DNA of 64,000 bases from Desulfatiglandales bacterium (GTDB lineage Bacteria > Desulfobacterota > DSM-4660 > Desulfatiglandales > Desulfatiglandaceae), in contig OY762721.1 in the NCBI GenBank assembly GCA_963666345.1, positions 224,001-288,000 of the forward strand, in the 5' to 3' direction. The notes beneath the pieces were generated by a model. It was not told the DNA's origin and ran no database searches. It saw only the letters and a program-made list of their open reading frames with translations. This document shows, piece by piece, positions 59,538 through 64,000 of the stretch. A program made the translations under genes and the position numbers. How positions within the stretch are numbered: the first letter of the stretch is position 1; the number at the start of each line of letters is the position of its first letter.

Positions 59538-62276
59538 ATGACCCAAGGTAAAGCAAAAGGTTCAGTAATAGTTATGGGGGGTGGTATTGCAGGGATGCAA
59601 GCGGCCCTTTCACTCGCAAACGCAGGATACGGCGTCCACCTGATCGAGCAGTCCGCCTCCCTTGGCGGTATGATCCCGAGCCTTCACCGCATCTATCCAA
59701 TATGCGCATGCTGCAGGCTGGATCCCAGAATCGCCGCCTGCCGACAAGACCCCAATATCAGGATACACCTCAATACAAGCATCCGGGATATTTCCGGGGA
59801 GACAGGAAATTTCAAGGCAGTGCTTGATTCGGACGGCCGGCAGGAAACCGTGGATGCGGGTGCCATCCTCCTAGCCGCCGGCATAGAGACCTTTGAACCC
59901 TCGCGCTATGACACCTATGCCTACGGCCGTCTGCCTAACGTGATTACCAGTGTTGAATATGAGCAGCTTCAGAAACCGCTCGGCCCCAACAGCGGCCTGC
60001 TCAAAAGGCCGTCCGACGGCAAAAATCCTGAAAAGATCGCATGGCTTCAATGCGTGGGCTCAAGAGAGGTCAACCAGTGTGACGCGCCATACTGTTCAAC
60101 CGTATGCTGCATGCACGCACTCAAAGAGGCTATGACCACCAAAGACCAGGATGAGGATATAGACACAAGTATATTTTACATGGATATGAGGGCGCAAGGA
60201 AAGGGATTTGAAGATTACCTCAACAATGCCGTTCAAAGAGGTGTCAATCTGATTCGAAGCAGGGTTCACACGGTTGATACCGTCCCCGGAAGTGACGATC
60301 TGGCCATAACCTACGCGGATGAAAGTGAAGAGCTTCATATTGAAAACTTCGACATGGTAGTGCTGTCCGTCGGTTTAAGACCATCTTCGACCGCAGTTAA
60401 CCTTGCAAAAAAATGCGGAATAGAGCTCAAGGAAAGTCAGTACATAGCCACAACGCCCTTTATGCCGGTATCCACAAACATACCGGGGATATTCGTGAGT
60501 GGAGGAATCGAAGGCCCGGCAGACATCTCCGAATCGATTATCCAGTCAAATGCAGCGGTCTCCGAAATCATATCGGTTCTTGCCCCTGAGCCGTTCAGCG
60601 CCCCGGCCTCTTACCCGGAGATAAGGGAACTGGATGATCAGGAGGCATCTATATTCGTGTCATACAATCTCTGCCCGGGAATGGACCCCAAGTTCGCGGA
60701 AAAAATCGCGGAATGTGCAAAGGCCCTTCCGGGGGTCGTCGCGGTCTCACAGGCAGAAGGAGACTTACTGGATGCGATCTCACAGGGAATAACAAAATGC
60801 GGAGCCAACAGGCTTGTCTTTGCGAGCTGCACCCCGGTTGTCCATGAAGGTCTTGTCAGGGAGGCCTTGAGGCTTGCCGGGATCAACCCCTATCTCTATG
60901 AGACGGTTGATCTCAGGGCGATAGGAGATGACACGATATCCACCCAGATCGAGGACCGCCTCCGCATGGGCGCATCCAGGGTTTCACTTATCTCCCCTCC
61001 ATCTTTAAGGGAAATCGCCGTTTCAAAAAGCGCCCTTGTCGTGGGAGGAGGTATTGCAGGCCTTGAAAGCGCGCGTGCCCTCTCTCTGGAAGGTTACCAG
61101 GTAACGGTCATAGAAAAGGAGAAGGAACTCGGAGGGCACGGCCTCCATGTAAGAAACACCTGGCAGGGCTTTGATGTACAGGGGTATCTGAAGGACCTTA
61201 TCTCCTCGGCCCGTAAGGATAAAAATATCACCATAATGACCGGAACCGAGGTCACTCAAAACAGGGGCTTCGCGGGCAACTTCGCAACTACCGTCATACA
61301 AAACGGAAAGGAAAAGGGCCTTTCAAACGGAGCCATAATCCTGGCCCCCGGAGGAGAGACAAAGAGGCCTGAAGAATACCTCTACGGAGAGCATGACAGG
61401 GTCTTTACCTGGCAGGAATTAAGCGCCCGGATGATTGAGGACCCTTCCCCCTTTGAAAACGCCTCAAGCGCGGTATTCATACAGTGCGTGGGATCAAGAC
61501 AGCCGGATTGTCCTCACTGCAGTAACTTCTGCTGCACCTTTGCCGTCAGGGCTGCGATAGACCTTAAGACAAATAATCCCTCCATGAAGATCTTCATCCT
61601 CTACAGAGAGATGCGCACGTTCGGTGAAAGGGAGAACCTGTACAAACAGGCCAGGGAAAAGGGCGTGATATTCATACGCTATGACATGGACTCAAAGCCG
61701 GAAGTTGAGGCGCTTGGGGATAAAGGGCTAAAGGTTACGGTCTTTGATCCTATACTGCAGAGACAGATTACCCTGGAAGCAGACTTTATTTCGCTTCAGA
61801 CGGCGATAGTCGGTTCGAACAACAACCGGATTTCTGATATCTTTAAGGTCGACCTTGATTCAAACGGATTTTTCGCGGAATCACCTGAAAAGCTGAAACC
61901 TCAAAGCACGACCGTTCCGGGAATCTACACGGCCGGGCTCGCGCACTATCCCAAGGACACTCTCAGCAGCATAGGACAGGCAAAGGCAGCCGCGGCCTGC
62001 GCTCTCGAGATCCTATCCAGGGACACGGTCCAGGTAGGCGGGGCGGTCGCAGAGGTTAATCCTGAAAAATGCGCGGTCTGCTGCACCTGTGTAAGGACCT
62101 GCCCCTTTCAGGTGCCTGTTATCGACCATAGCACGGGCGCGGCATATATAGATCCCGGACTTTGCCAGGGATGCGGCATGTGTGTCGCGGAGTGCCCCGG
62201 AAAGGCGATAGTCATGTCCACATGCAGCGATGATATGCTGGTTGAGGCCTCCTCTTTCCTGACGGCGTCATCATGA
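59538..62276 (+). CDS. hdrA: HdrA-like flavoprotein with two FAD-binding modules and C-terminal ferredoxin
   Basis: Two GGGIAG motifs, two QCVGSR...CS..CC motifs, C-terminal CAVCCTCVRTCP and CQGCGMCVAECP. Confidence 0.88.
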   Translation: MTQGKAKGSVIVMGGGIAGMQAALSLANAGYGVHLIEQSASLGGMIPSLHRIYPICACCRLDPRIAACRQDPNIRIHLNTSIRDISGETGNFKAVLDSDGRQETVDAGAILLAAGIETFEPSRYDTYAYGRLPNVITSVEYEQLQKPLGPNSGLLKRPSDGKNPEKIAWLQCVGSREVNQCDAPYCSTVCCMHALKEAMTTKDQDEDIDTSIFYMDMRAQGKGFEDYLNNAVQRGVNLIRSRVHTVDTVPGSDDLAITYADESEELHIENFDMVVLSVGLRPSSTAVNLAKKCGIELKESQYIATTPFMPVSTNIPGIFVSGGIEGPADISESIIQSNAAVSEIISVLAPEPFSAPASYPEIRELDDQEASIFVSYNLCPGMDPKFAEKIAECAKALPGVVAVSQAEGDLLDAISQGITKCGANRLVFASCTPVVHEGLVREALRLAGINPYLYETVDLRAIGDDTISTQIEDRLRMGASRVSLISPPSLREIAVSKSALVVGGGIAGLESARALSLEGYQVTVIEKEKELGGHGLHVRNTWQGFDVQGYLKDLISSARKDKNITIMTGTEVTQNRGFAGNFATTVIQNGKEKGLSNGAIILAPGGETKRPEEYLYGEHDRVFTWQELSARMIEDPSPFENASSAVFIQCVGSRQPDCPHCSNFCCTFAVRAAIDLKTNNPSMKIFILYREMRTFGERENLYKQAREKGVIFIRYDMDSKPEVEALGDKGLKVTVFDPILQRQITLEADFISLQTAIVGSNNNRISDIFKVDLDSNGFFAESPEKLKPQSTTVPGIYTAGLAHYPKDTLSSIGQAKAAAACALEILSRDTVQVGGAVAEVNPEKCAVCCTCVRTCPFQVPVIDHSTGAAYIDPGLCQGCGMCVAECPGKAIVMSTCSDDMLVEASSFLTASS

Positions 62277-62392
62277 GATTTATCCGCCGATTCGGGGATC
62301 AGGGATCCCGTTTCCATGGTCTTTAATGTCTCAGGGTCGATTCCGTTACGGCGGCAGGTGTTGCCGAGCCAAACAAACAAGGAGAATTTTCC

Positions 62393-62800
62393 ATGAACGA
62401 TTTCACACCTAAGATAGTCGCCTTCTGCTGTTCAAACTGTGCCTCTTCCGCAGCGGAGATAGCCCACGGCATGTCAAAGACAATGCCGCCCAATGTTAAG
62501 ATTGTCCAGGTTCCGTGTACGGGCCGTATAGAAATCCTCCATCTTCTGAAACCCTTTGAAAACGGTGCGGACGGAGTCTATGTCGCCGGCTGTCAGGAGG
62601 ACAGCTGCCGGTATGTCAATGGAATCACCAAGGCGGCTAAAAGGGTTGAAAGCGTAAAAAAAATCCTGGAAGAGCTGGATATCGAACCGGACAGGATAGA
62701 CGTCTTCAATCTCTCGGCAGCACAGGGACAGAGATTCGTTGAAGTCGCACATGAGATGGTTGAAAAAATCAGGGATCTAGGGCCAAGCCCAGCCAAATAA
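62393..62800 (+). CDS. mvhD: MvhD/FlpD [2Fe-2S] subunit
   Basis: IVAFCCSNC, VPCTGR, GADGVYVAGC...CRY..G. Confidence 0.9.
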   Translation: MNDFTPKIVAFCCSNCASSAAEIAHGMSKTMPPNVKIVQVPCTGRIEILHLLKPFENGADGVYVAGCQEDSCRYVNGITKAAKRVESVKKILEELDIEPDRIDVFNLSAAQGQRFVEVAHEMVEKIRDLGPSPAK

Positions 62801-62828
62801 ACCCAAGACATTTTGCGAGGTAATCATA

Positions 62829-63497
62829 ATGATCGTTGCTGAGTCAAAACCTATAAAGGAAATCCTCGACATGGTACAGCAATTCCACAGGATACTTGTG
62901 GTAGGCTGTAAAGGGTGCGTCACAGTCTGCAATGTCGGAGGCGCAAAAGAGGTTGCAATCCTCGCCTCCGCGCTCAGGATAGCCGGTAAGAAAGCGGGAC
63001 ATGCATTTGAGATAGAAGAAAGGACCTTGGAGAGGCAGTGCGATCCGGAATATATCGAGGAGCTTGATCCTGTAATCGAAGGCTATGATGCCGTCGTTTC
63101 AATGGCGTGTGGTGTCGGCCCGCAATTCCTTTCAGAACGTTACCTTTCCGTCAGGGTATTTCCCGGTGTGAACACCAAGTTCATGGGGGGGGCCGTGGAA
63201 CATGGAGTGTGGGCGGAAAGGTGCGCAGGATGCGGGCAATGCGTTGTACACCTTTTCGGCGGTATCTGTCCCATTGCCAGGTGTTCGAAGAGTCTTTTGA
63301 ACGGTCCCTGCGGAGGGTCCAATAATGGAAAGTGTGAAATTTCCGATGATGTAGACTGCGTCTGGGACATAATTGTGAGAAAAATGACGGAGCAGGGTCG
63401 GCTTGACGATTTGATCGAATTCGTTCCACCCAAGAGCTGGACCACTGCACGTGACGGAGGACCTAGGCGTATGGTCAGGGAGGAACTGGTGAAATGA
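62829..63497 (+). CDS. metV: Methylenetetrahydrofolate reductase small subunit MetV
   Basis: GCKGCVTVC, RQC, CPIARCSKSLLNGPCGG, CE...CVW. Confidence 0.88.
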   Translation: MIVAESKPIKEILDMVQQFHRILVVGCKGCVTVCNVGGAKEVAILASALRIAGKKAGHAFEIEERTLERQCDPEYIEELDPVIEGYDAVVSMACGVGPQFLSERYLSVRVFPGVNTKFMGGAVEHGVWAERCAGCGQCVVHLFGGICPIARCSKSLLNGPCGGSNNGKCEISDDVDCVWDIIVRKMTEQGRLDDLIEFVPPKSWTTARDGGPRRMVREELVK

Positions 63498-64000
63498 GCG
63501 AGGTTAAATCTGGAAGCAACCTGGAAAAGGTTTTAAGGGCTGGTCATTTCGCATTCACAGGTGAGTGTGGTCCGCCTCAAGGCGCCAATGTGGAGCACCT
63601 CAGGGAAAAGGCCTCTCACCTGAAAGGCTGTGTTGATTCGGTCAATATAACCGACAATCAGACCGCGGTCGTCCGCATGTCCAGCTGGGCTGCGTCCCTT
63701 TTGATACTGAATGAAGGGATTGAACCCAATTTTCAGATGGTGTGCCGGGACAGAAACAGGCTTGCCATTCAAAGCGACATACTCGGCATATACTCTCACG
63801 GCATAAAAAACATGCTCTGCCTTTCCGGAGACCATCAAAAGTTCGGTAACCATCCTGACGCCAAAAACGTCTTTGATATCGATTCCATGCAGCTTATTCA
63901 TACTGCCAAGACCATGAGAGATGAAGGTAAATTTCTAAACGGTCAGGATATAGACGTGCCGCCCAAGATCTTTATCGGGGCCGCATCCAATCCATTTGCC
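63494..64000 (+). CDS. metF: Methylenetetrahydrofolate reductase MetF, runs off the window end
   Basis: Hand translation MSEVKSGSNLEKVL...ECGPP...NITDNQ...QMVCRDRNRLAIQSD...LCLSGDH. ATG overlaps the metV stop. Confidence 0.9.
   Translation, partial: MSEVKSGSNLEKVLRAGHFAFTGECGPPQGANVEHLREKASHLKGCVDSVNITDNQTAVVRMSSWAASLLILNEGIEPNFQMVCRDRNRLAIQSDILGIYSHGIKNMLCLSGDHQKFGNHPDAKNVFDIDSMQLIHTAKTMRDEGKFLNGQDIDVPPKIFIGAASNPFA

Overview
Chromosomal window from an anaerobic bacterium; gene content and protein style (HdrA/B/C-like proteins, MvhD-MetV-MetF, CooT, PPDK, VWA-OmpA) suggest Desulfobacterota/deltaproteobacteria (inference). It holds about 50 protein genes, two tRNAs (Arg-TCT, Leu-TAA) and two decayed accessory regions at the tRNA 3' ends. 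The first (~20.8-30.6 kb) has a caspase remnant, a MITE-interrupted response regulator, a four-gene kinase/HD-GYP signalling cluster and an integrase stub. The second (~38.2-42.3 kb, possibly up to tRNA-Leu) has a GC-rich alcohol dehydrogenase, a decapitated RelE toxin with intact antitoxin, a dead IS200 and gene fragments. The most striking item is a complete eukaryote-type bifunctional 6-phosphofructo-2-kinase/fructose-2,6-bisphosphatase (4293-5510) behind a structured, terminator-like leader. Also notable are an unannotated zinc-finger ORF with one in-frame UGA (possible selenoprotein), a GAF plus His-less HisKA pseudo-kinase, and an hdrA-mvhD-metV-metF operon whose HdrA seems to lack the internal ferredoxin insertion. 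All calls come from reading motifs by eye; no database searches were run.
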